Shown: in pieces, positions 20,874 to 30,957 of the stretch
Numbering within the stretch: the stretch's first letter is position 1
Layout: the number at the start of each line of letters is the position of its first letter
DNA from: Pseudomonadota bacterium
GTDB lineage: Bacteria > Desulfobacterota > Desulfobacteria > Desulfobacterales > JBDRRP01
Assembly (NCBI GenBank): GCA_043825735.1
Contig: JBDRRP010000093.1
Span: forward strand, 62,001 to 126,000
Direction: 5' to 3'
DNA: 64,000 bases
The notes under the pieces: generated by a model
Database searches by the model: none
What the model saw: the letters and a program-made list of their open reading frames with translations, nothing else
What the model was told of the DNA's origin: nothing
Position numbers and translations under genes: made by a program

Positions 20874-21821
20874 ATGCATGAATATACTGAAAAAATGAGA
20901 GAAATCGCCCAGCGGCTGCTCAGCGAATGCAAGGTCGACAGGGTCATCGGTTTCCGAAAAGGGACTGTGCCGATGATGAACGAGCCTTGCTTTGTCAAAA
21001 CCGCAGCAGAAGCGAGCCAACTGGTTTGGGACAGCAACTGCGGCATCAATCTGGCAAACTATCTCACCGATCGGAAAGAGAAGATCGGCGTTTTTGCCAA
21101 GGGCTGCGACAGTCGCAACATCGTCACGCACATCATCGAAAACAAGATCAAGCGCGAGCAACTGGTGATCATTGGCGTTCCCTGTCTGGGGATGATCGAT
21201 CGGCGGAAGGTGGCCGCCGCCGCCGGCGGCGAAGTTCTCGACGTCGTCGAAAACGGTGATAACATCATCGTGTCCACCGCCACCGGTAAAAAAACCCTGA
21301 ACAAACCCGAGGTAATGCAGGAAAACTGTGCGATCTGCATCCATCGCAACCCAGTCATCCATGATGAGATGGTGGCCGAGCCGGTGGCAGAGCAGACCGA
21401 TGTGGATCGCTATGCGGACGTCCGGCGTGTCGAGGCCATGTCACCGGAAGAGAAATGGCAGTATTTCGAGGATCTGCTGGCGCCGTGCATCCGCTGCTAC
21501 GCCTGCCGCAATGCCTGTCCGCTGTGCTACTGCCCGACCTGTTTTGTCGACGAGTCAAAACCCCAATGGGTGGGCAAGAGCCAGGACCCCATCGACGTGC
21601 GCACTTTCCATTTTCTTCGGGCCTATCATGATGCGGGCCGCTGCACCGATTGCGGCGCCTGCGAGCGGGCCTGCCCGGTCGGCATCCCGGTGCGCCAATT
21701 CACCAAAAAACTTGAAAAAGACTGTCTGGAGCTCTTTGGCTGGGAAGCCGGCATGAGCCTTGATCAACGCCCGCCGCTGGACACTTTCAAGCCCGGCGAC
21801 CCGGACGATTTCATCAAGTAA
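20874..21821 (+). CDS. flxC: 4Fe-4S protein, FlxC-like
   Basis: KGCDSR, CIRCYACRNACPLCYC, CTDCGACERACP; position between flxD and flxB. Confidence 0.8.
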   Translation: MHEYTEKMREIAQRLLSECKVDRVIGFRKGTVPMMNEPCFVKTAAEASQLVWDSNCGINLANYLTDRKEKIGVFAKGCDSRNIVTHIIENKIKREQLVIIGVPCLGMIDRRKVAAAAGGEVLDVVENGDNIIVSTATGKKTLNKPEVMQENCAICIHRNPVIHDEMVAEPVAEQTDVDRYADVRRVEAMSPEEKWQYFEDLLAPCIRCYACRNACPLCYCPTCFVDESKPQWVGKSQDPIDVRTFHFLRAYHDAGRCTDCGACERACPVGIPVRQFTKKLEKDCLELFGWEAGMSLDQRPPLDTFKPGDPDDFIK

Positions 21822-21878
21822 CGCCGCGGCAGCAGGCGCCCCGGAAGGACCACTGGACATCGAATCAAAGGCGACACT

Positions 21879-22946
21879 ATGAAATACCTCAGTATCGACA
21901 AAGCATCGTTTTCCGCCGGACTGGCGGCGGTCACCGGCGGCTACCGGATCGCCGCACCGGTTTCCGAAGGACCGTATTGCAACTTTAAACCGCTGGAAAA
22001 AGGCCAGGCGCCTGAAATGGACGCCCAGAACACCCGTCTTTCGCCCAAATCGGCCGTCTATCCCCAGTCGGAGGTCATGTTCACCTACACATTGGATGAG
22101 AACAAGACGGACCATCACGTGATGAAGGACGCCGGCACCGATTACAGCCCGCGTGCCCTGGTGGGAATCCGCCCCTGTGACGCCATGGCCTTTCTGGTGG
22201 TTAAGCGCAACTTCGACAATCCCGATTACCAGGACCCCTATTGGGTCCAGGCGTACGAAGCCACCACGCTCATCGGCCATGCCTGCACCGCGCCGTGCAG
22301 CAGCTGTTTTTGCACAAGCGCCGGCAGCGGTCCTTATGCAGAGGCCGGATTGGACATCCTTTTGGCCGACAGCGCCGAGGGCTACGCGGCCAAGGTGCTC
22401 AGCGACAAAGGCGCCGCATTTGCCAAGGCCGCCGGCTGGAAGACCCAAATGGCCGATGACGCGGCCGAGAGCCTTTTTAGTGCCGGCAAGGCCGCAGCCG
22501 AAGAGAAAATCGTCAGCCGCGTGAACACCGACCTGCTCGCCCAAAAGGAAACCACTGCGCTTTACGAAGCCCCGTTCTGGGAGGACGTGAGTTTTTCATG
22601 CATCAACTGCGGCACCTGCACCTATCTTTGCCCCACCTGCTGGTGTTTCGACATCCAGGATGAAAACCGGGGCAAGGAAGGCCTGCGCATGCGCAACTGG
22701 GACAGTTGCATGTTCCCCCTGTTCACCCTCCACGGTGCCGGGCACAACCCGCGCGGCACCAAGCTGCACCGGGTGCGCCAGCGCTTCATGCACAAGCTCA
22801 AATACTATGTGGATAAATACGAGGCCGGCATCCAGTGCGTGGGCTGCGGCCGGTGCATTCGCCACTGCCCTGTGAATATCGATATCCGCAAGGTCTGTGA
22901 ACTAATGAACAATTACGGCGCAGATGCCTGCGCTGTGTCGGCATAG
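21879..22946 (+). CDS. flxB: 4Fe-4S protein, FlxB/AsrA-like
   Basis: GIRPCD, CINCGTCTYLCPTCWCF, RNWDSC, RQRFMHKL, CVGCGRCIRHCP. Confidence 0.85.
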   Translation: MKYLSIDKASFSAGLAAVTGGYRIAAPVSEGPYCNFKPLEKGQAPEMDAQNTRLSPKSAVYPQSEVMFTYTLDENKTDHHVMKDAGTDYSPRALVGIRPCDAMAFLVVKRNFDNPDYQDPYWVQAYEATTLIGHACTAPCSSCFCTSAGSGPYAEAGLDILLADSAEGYAAKVLSDKGAAFAKAAGWKTQMADDAAESLFSAGKAAAEEKIVSRVNTDLLAQKETTALYEAPFWEDVSFSCINCGTCTYLCPTCWCFDIQDENRGKEGLRMRNWDSCMFPLFTLHGAGHNPRGTKLHRVRQRFMHKLKYYVDKYEAGIQCVGCGRCIRHCPVNIDIRKVCELMNNYGADACAVSA

Positions 22947-22966
22947 TCACAAGAAGGGGGAGGCCC

Positions 22967-23815
22967 GTGGACAATCCTTATCTGCCATATCCGGTCCGTA
23001 TCGATGAGATCGTGACCGAAACCGAAGACAAAAACCTGAAAACCTTCAAATTCGTTTTCCTCAACCCGGGAGACGAGGAGAAATTTGCCTACCGTGCCGG
23101 CCAGTTCGCCGAGCTCTCGATCACCGGCAAAGGGGAGATCCCCATCGGAATCGCCTCCTCGCCCGTAGAAAAGGGGTTTGTCAAATTTACCGTGAACAAG
23201 GTTGGCCTGGTCTCCAGCCAGCTTCACAACATGAAAGTGGGCGATGTCATGGGCATCCGCGGCCCCATGGGCAACTGGTATCCCTGGGAGACCCTGGAGA
23301 ACGGCAAAAACGTGGTCATCATCGGCGGCGGCTTCGCCTTCACCACCTTGCGCTCGTCCATCATTTACATGCTGCATCCGGACAACCGCGCCAAATTCGG
23401 CGACATCCACGTAATCTACGGCGCCCGGACCCCAGGCATGCTGCTTTACAGCGACGAGCTCAAGGCATGGGAGGCCAGAGACGACATCAACATGCACATC
23501 ACCGTGGATGCGGCCACCGACCCGGACTGGAAATACAATGTGGGGTTTGTGCCCACGATCACCGAGCAAAAGGCGCCCCAGGCCGACAGTGACACCTACG
23601 CCATCATCTGCGGGCCCCCCATCATGATCAAATTTACCCAGCCGGTGCTCGACAAACTGGGATACGCCCACGATCACATCATCATGAGTCTGGAAAACCG
23701 CATGAAATGCGGCATCGGGATGTGCGGGCGGTGTAATATCGGACGGGAATTCGTCTGCAAGGACGGGCCCGTGTTCACCCTGGAGCAGCTCAACCGGACG
23801 CCGAGAGAGTATTAA
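22967..23815 (+). CDS. flxA: FAD/NAD-binding oxidoreductase with C-terminal 2Fe-2S, FlxA/AsrB-like
   Basis: GQFAEL, RGPMGN, GGGFAF, CGPPIM, MKCGIGMCGRC...VCKDGPVF; GTG start with GGAGG RBS. Confidence 0.88.
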   Translation: MDNPYLPYPVRIDEIVTETEDKNLKTFKFVFLNPGDEEKFAYRAGQFAELSITGKGEIPIGIASSPVEKGFVKFTVNKVGLVSSQLHNMKVGDVMGIRGPMGNWYPWETLENGKNVVIIGGGFAFTTLRSSIIYMLHPDNRAKFGDIHVIYGARTPGMLLYSDELKAWEARDDINMHITVDAATDPDWKYNVGFVPTITEQKAPQADSDTYAIICGPPIMIKFTQPVLDKLGYAHDHIIMSLENRMKCGIGMCGRCNIGREFVCKDGPVFTLEQLNRTPREY

Positions 23816-24000
23816 TATCAGAGTGTTGTGGGCCATTCACCCCGTGAGCGGCCGGTTCCCGGACATGGCCCCTGCGAACCATTTTTAGCATTGACAATCG
23901 CCCCGCGATTCGGTAGTGAAATTAATTCAAAAGAATTCAAGCTAAACGGCGGAAAGCCATAAGTAATATTAATTATTAACGATTTAAGGAGGATTTTTAG

Positions 24001-24318
24001 ATGCCGACAGTAGAATTTGGGGGAAAAAGTTTCACAGTTGACGAAGATGGTTTCATCGATGACTACACCAACTGGGCAGAAGAGTGGGTGCAGTTCGTAA
24101 AGAAGGAAGAAGGTATCGATGAACTGTCCACAGAGCACCGCCTGGTGATCGACACCCTGCGCGACTACTATGAGAAGAACGGGATCGCACCCATGGTTCG
24201 CGTTCTGTCCAAGGTTACCGGCTTCAAACTGAAGCACATCTACGAGCTGTTCCCGTCAGGCCCTGGCAAGGGAGCTTGCAAGATGGCCGGTCTTCCGAAA
24301 CCGACCGGGTGCGTCTAA
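24001..24318 (+). CDS. dsrC: Sulfur-carrier protein DsrC
   Basis: VDEDGF...YELFPSGPGKGACKMAGLPKPTGCV; both C-terminal cysteines (Cx10C) present; AAGGAGG RBS. Confidence 0.95.
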   Translation: MPTVEFGGKSFTVDEDGFIDDYTNWAEEWVQFVKKEEGIDELSTEHRLVIDTLRDYYEKNGIAPMVRVLSKVTGFKLKHIYELFPSGPGKGACKMAGLPKPTGCV

Positions 24319-24353
24319 TCCGCCGCAGCGTGATCAGTCACATCGCATTTGAC

Positions 24354-24388
24354 AAAAAAAGGCCCTGCCGTTGCAGGGCCTTTTTTTT
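24354..24388. terminator. Intrinsic terminator downstream of dsrC (bidirectional shape)
   Basis: AAAAAAA-GGCCCTGC-cgtt-GCAGGGCC-TTTTTTTT. Confidence 0.9.
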
Positions 24389-24402
24389 ATCTCGGAGGCG
24401 CC

Positions 24403-24798
24403 GTGGAAATTGCCGTATCCACCCACTCTAAAACCGAGTTCATCGATATGACGGCCCGGATTCAGGACGCAGTGACCCGGGAGGGCATGGCATCGGGCTT
24501 GTGCATGGTTTATGTGCCCCACACCACCGCCGGGGTGACCATCAATGAAAGCGCCGATCCCAGCGTCCAGCGGGACATTCTCATGGTACTGGCGCAGATG
24601 GCCCCCGAGCGCGCCGACTACCGTCACCTGGAAGGCAACTCCTCCGCCCACGTCAAAGCCTCGCTCATGGGCGCCTCGGCCCTGGTGGCAGTCACCGCAG
24701 GGCGCCTGGTGCTGGGAACCTGGCAGGGGATTTTTTTCTGCGAATTCGACGGGCCGCGCACCCGAAAGGTCCACCTGCGGTTCATCGATAGCCGGTAA
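24403..24798 (+). CDS. YjbQ/UPF0047 family protein
   Basis: PHTTAGVTINESADP, HLEGNSSAHVKASL, LGTWQGIFFCEFDGPR; GTG start after GGAGG. Confidence 0.9.
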   Translation: MEIAVSTHSKTEFIDMTARIQDAVTREGMASGLCMVYVPHTTAGVTINESADPSVQRDILMVLAQMAPERADYRHLEGNSSAHVKASLMGASALVAVTAGRLVLGTWQGIFFCEFDGPRTRKVHLRFIDSR

Positions 24799-24826
24799 CC
24801 TTATTTAACTCGCAACGGGAGCACCC

Positions 24827-25288
24827 ATGGACGCAGCGCTCGATGATATCGACACCCGACTCCTCAACCGGATTCAATCGGACTTTCCCATCACTTCCCG
24901 GCCGTTTGACACGATCGCGAGGGAACTCGGCATCAGCGAGGACGACACAATCGATCGACTCGGGCGCCTCAAGGCCACCGGCTACATCCGACGGATCGGC
25001 GGCAATTTCGTCCCTGAAAAGTTAGGCTATGTCAGCACGCTGTGCGCGGCGAAGGTTCCGGCGGAAAAAGTCGACCACTTCGCGGAAACGGTAAACCGTT
25101 ACCCCGGTGTGACCCACAATTACATGCGGGAGCACGACTACAATGTGTGGTTTACCTTCATCGCACCGTCCCGGGAAGAAATCGCCGCCAATCTTGACCG
25201 CATCTCCCGCGAGACCGGCGTCAGCCAAATCCTCAACCTGCCGGCCACCCATGTCTTTAAGATCCGAGCCAAATTTAAAGTTAAATAA
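24827..25288 (+). CDS. ahbA: Siroheme decarboxylase alpha subunit (AhbA/NirD-like, Lrp/AsnC fold)
   Basis: LNRIQSDFPITSRPF, IRRIG, STLCAAKVP, GVTHNYMREHDYNVWFT. Confidence 0.82.
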   Translation: MDAALDDIDTRLLNRIQSDFPITSRPFDTIARELGISEDDTIDRLGRLKATGYIRRIGGNFVPEKLGYVSTLCAAKVPAEKVDHFAETVNRYPGVTHNYMREHDYNVWFTFIAPSREEIAANLDRISRETGVSQILNLPATHVFKIRAKFKVK

Positions 25289-26100
25289 TGGAATCCGACA
25301 TTCGCATCGCGGCCGCTGTCATGCAATGCACCGTGGGAGGCATTGAAAAGAACCTTCGGCGCATTGGCGCTATGGTATCGGATGCCGCCGGACAGGGTGC
25401 GCAGCTCATCTGCTTTCCGGAGATGTCCGCCACAGGGTACAGCCACCGCGATCTCATCGATCAGCACGCCGAGCGGGTACCGGGTCGCATCTCCGAGCAC
25501 CTACGCGACCTGGCAGCGACCCACCGCATGACTATTCTGGCCGGTATGGCGGAAACCACCGAAAACGGCCTCATCTATGCCAGCCACCTGGTGGCCGGAC
25601 TGGACGGGTCTCTGGCGGTCTACCGCAAGATTCACCTGGCACCCCCGGAGCAGCGACTTTTCACCGCCGGGCAAACGGTCCCCGTGTTCACGGCCGCCGG
25701 GGCCACTTTCGGTATTCAGCTCTGCTACGACGCCCATTTTCCGGAACTGGCCACCCATATGGCCGAAGCGGGCGCCGACATCCTTTTCATTCCCCATGCG
25801 TCTCCCCGGGGAGACGCGCCCACCAAACATCGGTCCTGGATGCGGCACCTGCCGGCCCGGGCCTATGACAACGGCGTTTTCGTGGTGGCGTGCAATCAGG
25901 TGGGTGACAACGGCCAGGGGCTGACCTTTCCGGGCAACGCCGTCATCATCAAGCCGTCAGGGGAGATTCTCGCGCGGGAGCTGAAGGGAACCGAAGGGCT
26001 GCTCGTGGCCGACCTCAAACGGGCCGACCTGGCCCACGTACGGGATCACCGGATGCGCTATTTTCTGCCTAACCGCCGCAAGGATCTATTTATCGGGTAA
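25288..26100 (+). CDS. Nitrilase-related carbon-nitrogen hydrolase
   Basis: Catalytic E-K-C motifs FPE, YRKIHL, LCYDAHFPE; ARAYDN. Confidence 0.9.
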   Translation: MESDIRIAAAVMQCTVGGIEKNLRRIGAMVSDAAGQGAQLICFPEMSATGYSHRDLIDQHAERVPGRISEHLRDLAATHRMTILAGMAETTENGLIYASHLVAGLDGSLAVYRKIHLAPPEQRLFTAGQTVPVFTAAGATFGIQLCYDAHFPELATHMAEAGADILFIPHASPRGDAPTKHRSWMRHLPARAYDNGVFVVACNQVGDNGQGLTFPGNAVIIKPSGEILARELKGTEGLLVADLKRADLAHVRDHRMRYFLPNRRKDLFIG

Positions 26101-26440
26101 GGTCCCGATCGAAATAGGACACATGGAACAGCAGCATTTTCCGGGTGAAATCCACAAACAGGGTTTTTCCCAGCTCCCCCACGGTGACCTGCCGATGCAT
26201 CTCTTTCAGTTTGGCCCTGAGATAGATGTGCTCGCCGCGGTGCTCCTCGGTCATGTTGAGCCGGCGGGTCTCACAGATGTGCTCTTCAGTGTCCAAATGC
26301 GTAGTAAACGCATCGATGACCGTCGCTGCGTGATCCTTCCACGCGGCGGGCTGCCGGCCGCACACGTCCAGAAGATAATCGATGTTGGCGTGATCTTCAT
26401 CGATCAGCCGCTCCCCTGTCGAGTAATGGGTATGCCACAT
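26090..26440 (-). CDS. Single-domain hemerythrin-like protein
   Basis: W...YSTG..LIDEDH, HLDTEE, HRGEH, HVSYFD iron-ligand pattern. Confidence 0.8.
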   Translation of the reverse strand: MWHTHYSTGERLIDEDHANIDYLLDVCGRQPAAWKDHAATVIDAFTTHLDTEEHICETRRLNMTEEHRGEHIYLRAKLKEMHRQVTVGELGKTLFVDFTRKMLLFHVSYFDRDLTR

Positions 26441-26672
26441 ATGACCTCGCTGCGCGCTTCGCCCGCATTTAGCTCATAACGCAGAACTTTGACAGCCCCG
26501 TAAAAAGTTTGAAATCAGCACAGAGGACGCAGATAGCGCAGAGATAACTTACTAGTTATTCAGTATATTCTCTGCGACCCGCGCTTGCGCTTCTCATTCA
26601 AAATTCGAAGTTGGACGTTCGATGTTCAGCGTTCGGTCTTCTTGTCGTAATTGAAGGACGCCCTGCCCGCCG

Positions 26673-27416
26673 TCAGAAAACCCGCACACAGTTCTCCCCG
26701 CTCTGCTGGCAAGTGGGGCCTCCGGCTGATCGCAGCACGGCACCCGTATGCAGTTTAACCAGCCGCTCTCCGGAGCCGTCCTGCTGCAGCCGATAGCCGA
26801 ACATGTATATGATATCGGCCACAGGGCGTCCGAAAAGAAAATCAAACAGGGCCGGGTCCACGCGGCCCGACTCCGTCAATACGGCGCGCAGCTCGCGGTC
26901 GTACTGCACGATATCGGATATCCGCCGCAGGTAGAGCTGGCTTTCTTCCTTCGAAAACCCATTGAAAAGCCGCCTCAGCAGAACCATGTCGCAGCGCTGC
27001 TCATGCTCCTGAACCAGGGGCCACAGTCCTTCGGCGCCGGCCAGCAGATGCTCGCGCGTCAATCGGTCTTTTTCGTAGGCTGCCAGAAAGGCTTCCGGCG
27101 CCCGGCATTCTAAAATACGGCATTCCATCGGGCGATCGTCATAGATCCCGCAGCTGTTGTCATCGCCCAAATAGCAGCAGGTCCAGCGATCCCCTGTACC
27201 GCGGATCTTGATGATGTCCCCGGAGGCCGGCGTCAGCCGGTTTTTAACGTTCTCGTGGACCATCTCGCCGGTCCTGATGGTGACGAGATCCTTCAACGGA
27301 ATGCGCCCGCTTTCCACCAGCGCCCGGTCTTCCAGATGAAGCGCAGGCCCGCCCTTGCGGCAGCAGGTACCGCACCGCCGGCAGGCGCTATCGATGGCGA
27401 TCTGTGAAGTGTTCAT
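26673..27416 (-). CDS. YkgJ-family cysteine-cluster protein
   Basis: CRRCGTCC near N-terminus; CCYL...CGIYDDRPMECR. Confidence 0.82.
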   Translation of the reverse strand: MNTSQIAIDSACRRCGTCCRKGGPALHLEDRALVESGRIPLKDLVTIRTGEMVHENVKNRLTPASGDIIKIRGTGDRWTCCYLGDDNSCGIYDDRPMECRILECRAPEAFLAAYEKDRLTREHLLAGAEGLWPLVQEHEQRCDMVLLRRLFNGFSKEESQLYLRRISDIVQYDRELRAVLTESGRVDPALFDFLFGRPVADIIYMFGYRLQQDGSGERLVKLHTGAVLRSAGGPTCQQSGENCVRVF

Positions 27417-27695
27417 GGGAAGGTTATAGCAGAGGACCCGGAGGCGGGCAATTGGTTAGTGAACGGCCACTATCTATCCACAGACGGCATCTTTGCCTTG
27501 GAAACCCCGCGCGGCGCGCAGAGCTCCAGGCGAAACATCATGGCCCCTGGCGGCGGTAGCTGCGCATTTGCCATTTGACGTTTCCCGCCGACTGCCTACT
27601 TTGGTTCCATCGGCCCGGCAGACCCATCTTCCGGCGCCGGCCACCCATCGACCGACACCACGCTCCCCCAGCGCCATTTGCGAAAGGAATCTTCG

Positions 27696-28343
27696 ATGAC
27701 ACTTCAGGAACAACTCGATGCCTACAAAAAGGGATTTCAGGCCAAGGCCCCCGCCGAGGTTCAGGCCATCATGCATGAAGCCACGACCACGCTGGCCACC
27801 TCCGGCATCATGGATCGGGCCATCGCCGTCGGCGCCGCAACGCCGGCGTTCACCCTCAAGAGCACCGACGGCAAAACGCTGTCCCTTGCCGGCCTGTTGG
27901 CCAAAGGACCCGTCGTACTCACCTTCTACCGCGGCAAGTGGTGACCCTACTGCAACATGGAGCTGGATGCTCTTGAAAAATCGGCTGTCGACATTGCCGC
28001 CCTGGGAGCCTCGCTGGTGGCCATTTCGCCCCAGAACCCGACTGACAGTGCCGCCCTGAAAAAAGAAAAAAAACTCTCTTTCCCCATTCTTCAGGATCCG
28101 GGCAATGCCGTGGCCGCGGCCTACGGGATTCGCCACGCGCTCCCGGAAGCGCTGAGGGCAATTTACCTGAAATTCGGCATCGACCTGCCCACGTTCAACG
28201 GCGACGACACGTGGACCCTGCCCATGCCGGCAAGACTCGTCATCGACACCGGCGGCATCGTCCGATACGCAGCGGTCAACGCGGATTACACCGTCCGGCC
28301 GGAACCTGAAGAGACCCTGGCCGCGCTAAGGGCCATCATTTGA
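27696..28343 (+). CDS. AhpC/TSA peroxiredoxin-like selenoprotein (UxxC; TGA 27942-27944)
   Basis: GPVVLTFYRGKW-TGA-PYCNMEL continues in frame into ORF 27957-28343 (VAISPQ, LPMPARLVID); family motif is FYRGxWCPYC. Confidence 0.9.
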
Positions 28344-28455
28344 CCGACGGGCGAAAAAAACTCCGGCCGACACCGCCGGGGTTGCTCCCCTCAGGGGTAT
28401 AGTGGTAAGGGCGTCATGGAAATTTAAAACGCACTCCGAAAGGAAGCCCTGCGCC

Positions 28456-29394
28456 ATGAACAAACTGCGGGTATTTGCCGGAAACGCCAATGTGCCGCTG
28501 GCCAAACAGATCTGCGATCATCTGGGCATCGCGCTCAGCCCCATTGAAATTTCCCGGTTCTCAAACGACAACCTGTTTGTTCAGATCCAAACCAATGTCC
28601 GTGAGCGAGACGTCTTTGTCGTCCAGTCGTTGACCGAGCCGGTGAGCGACCGCATCATGGAGCTCTTTATCATCATGGACGCGCTGCGAAGCGCATCGGC
28701 GGGGCGTATCACGGCGGTCATTCCCTATTTTTCTTACGCCCGCTCGGATAAGAAAGACGCCCCGCGCATCTCCATTACCGGTCGGCTCATCGCCGATCTC
28801 ATCAAAACGGCCGGCGCCGATCGCGTCCTGACCATGGATCTGCACTCTGATGCGGTGCACGGTTTTTTCAGCATGCCGGTGGACCATCTGGCCGCCATCC
28901 CCCTTCTGGCCGCCCACTTCAGAGACACCATGGATCTGTCCAATGCCGTGGCCGTGGCTACCGACGCCGGCGGGGCCAAACGCGTCGGCAAATTTGCCAA
29001 AGCCCTGGATATTCCCCTGGCCATCATCGACAAAAGACGCATGGCCGACACCCGCGTCGAGCAAGGGCTGGTGGTCGGCGATGTGAACGGCAAAGATGCC
29101 ATCATCTTCGATGACGAAATTTCCACAGGCGGAACGCTGGTCACGACCTCAGAAACCCTGAGTCAGGCCGGCGTGAAACGCCTCATGGTTGGGGCCACCC
29201 ATGCGGTCCTGTGCGGCAACGCCGTCGAGAATCTGAGGGAGTCCGACATCGAGAAAATTGTGGCCACCGATACCGTACATATCCCGGACAACAAGCGCAT
29301 GGCGCGCCTTGCGGTCATATCGGTGGCCCCGCTGCTGGCCGAGGCCATCCGGCGGATCCATACGGGGGATAGTGTGGGCGCCCTCTTCAAGTAG
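28456..29394 (+). CDS. prs: Ribose-phosphate pyrophosphokinase
   Basis: PYFSYARSDKK, MDLHS, DAGG, IIDKRR, FDDEISTGGTL, ATHAV. Confidence 0.95.
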   Translation: MNKLRVFAGNANVPLAKQICDHLGIALSPIEISRFSNDNLFVQIQTNVRERDVFVVQSLTEPVSDRIMELFIIMDALRSASAGRITAVIPYFSYARSDKKDAPRISITGRLIADLIKTAGADRVLTMDLHSDAVHGFFSMPVDHLAAIPLLAAHFRDTMDLSNAVAVATDAGGAKRVGKFAKALDIPLAIIDKRRMADTRVEQGLVVGDVNGKDAIIFDDEISTGGTLVTTSETLSQAGVKRLMVGATHAVLCGNAVENLRESDIEKIVATDTVHIPDNKRMARLAVISVAPLLAEAIRRIHTGDSVGALFK

Positions 29395-29585
29395 TGGCCG
29401 TTGAGAGGTGGCGTCTTTTGGCCCCCGGCGGCGTTCTCATACCTTTTGCCATCCTCAACGTAGCTCCGCTACGCCTGCGGTGACAAAAGTGCTCGGGCCT
29501 TGCCGGGAACCACAAGGTTTTATCCTGACGCCCAGCGCGCAGCGCTGGGTGTCCAAGGAAAATCCACCACCTCTCAACGGCCACT
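29393..29585. mobile_element. MITE with perfect 19-bp terminal inverted repeats
   Basis: AGTGGCCGTTGAGAGGTGG (29393-29411) and CCACCTCTCAACGGCCACT (29567-29585); non-coding, hairpin-rich interior. Confidence 0.8.
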
Positions 29586-29799
29586 GAGGGCTCTGGCGGC
29601 GTGAAACCCTGCGCTGCCAGCAGGGCTCCAGGCGAAAAGCATGGCTCCCGATGTTTCTGATCACCATGAAGGGCGCGAAGATTTCTGTAACCCACTGTTG
29701 TTAAATTTTTTCTTCGTGTCCTTCGTGCACTTCGTGGTTCACCCCCTGTGCGACGGGTGGCGTCAACCTGAAACGGATGCAAAAGAAGGTAGCGAATCA

Positions 29800-30957
29800 A
29801 TGGAAAAGAAAACGCTCAACGAGCGGGTCCTGCTGCTGTGCGTGCTGGCGATCTCCGCGCTCTTTCTGGCCATGATCCGCCAGTTTCTGATGGCCATCGT
29901 CCTGGCAGGCATCTTTTCTGCCCTCTCCCATCCCGCGTACCGGCGATTTCTGAAGTGGTTCGGCGGGCGGCGGGCCGCCGCCGCCATCATCACGGTCCTC
30001 TTGATCATCTGCGTGGTCATGGTTCCGCTGGCGGGGCTTCTCGGCGTCGTCGCCGCCCAGGCCGTCAAGGTGGGTACTGCGGCCACACCATGGGTCATGG
30101 AGCGACTTGGAAAACCCGACACCCTGTCCCAATCCATCCAGTTACTGCCGTTTTACAAAGAAATCGCACCGTATCAGAGCGAAATCGCGCAAAAGATCGG
30201 CAGCATGGTCGGCGCAGTCAGCGGCTTCATCGTCGACCGGCTCTCTGCATTGACACTGGGCACGGTCAACGTTGTCTTCTCTCTGCTTGTCATGCTCTAT
30301 TGCATGCTCTTTTTTCTCATGGACGGCGACAAAATGCTGGAAAAAGCCCTCTTCTATCTGCCCCTTGAGGATAAAGACGAGCGCCGGATGCTGGACCGGT
30401 TCACCTCGGTCACCCGCGCCACGCTCAAGGGGACACTGGTCATAGGCCTCCTGCAGGGCGCACTGGCCGGAGGGGCCTTTTATTTCGCCGGCATCCCCAG
30501 CGCGGTATTCTGGGGCGCTGTCATGGCGGTGTTGTCCATCATCCCCGGTATCGGCTCGGCCATCGTCTGGGCGCCGGCAGCCATCATTCTCGCCGCCAGC
30601 GGACACATGGTCGCCGGGATCGGCCTTGCGGTTTTTTGCGCCGTCGTGGTGGGCGGCGCCGACAACCTGCTGCGGCCGATGCTGGTCGGTAAAGACACCC
30701 AGATGCCCGAGCTGATGATCTTTTTCGGCACCCTGGGCGGCATCATGATGTTCGGCATACCTGGCATGATCGTGGGCCCCATCGTGGCGGCGCTCTTTCT
30801 GACGACCTGGGACATTTACGGCATCGTGTTCAAGGACGTCCTGCCGCCGGTGTCGTCTCCTCAGGCGCCGTCGGGGGCAGATACCGATGACGGCGGCGGC
30901 CCTGATACGGTGGCCTTATCCGCATCGGCATCCACCGGAAAGAAGAAAGAATCGTGA
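29800..30957 (+). CDS. AI-2E family (UPF0118/PerM) transporter
   Basis: Multiple hydrophobic segments; IPGIGSAIVWAP, DNLLRPMLVG, GGIMMFGIPGMIVGP. Confidence 0.9.
   Translation: MEKKTLNERVLLLCVLAISALFLAMIRQFLMAIVLAGIFSALSHPAYRRFLKWFGGRRAAAAIITVLLIICVVMVPLAGLLGVVAAQAVKVGTAATPWVMERLGKPDTLSQSIQLLPFYKEIAPYQSEIAQKIGSMVGAVSGFIVDRLSALTLGTVNVVFSLLVMLYCMLFFLMDGDKMLEKALFYLPLEDKDERRMLDRFTSVTRATLKGTLVIGLLQGALAGGAFYFAGIPSAVFWGAVMAVLSIIPGIGSAIVWAPAAIILAASGHMVAGIGLAVFCAVVVGGADNLLRPMLVGKDTQMPELMIFFGTLGGIMMFGIPGMIVGPIVAALFLTTWDIYGIVFKDVLPPVSSPQAPSGADTDDGGGPDTVALSASASTGKKKES

Noticed and set aside
23914..23932. Rex-like operator upstream of dsrC (TAGTGAA-attaa-TTCAAAA)
   Set aside because: Spacer one base longer than TTGTGAA-N4-TTCACAA and two arm mismatches
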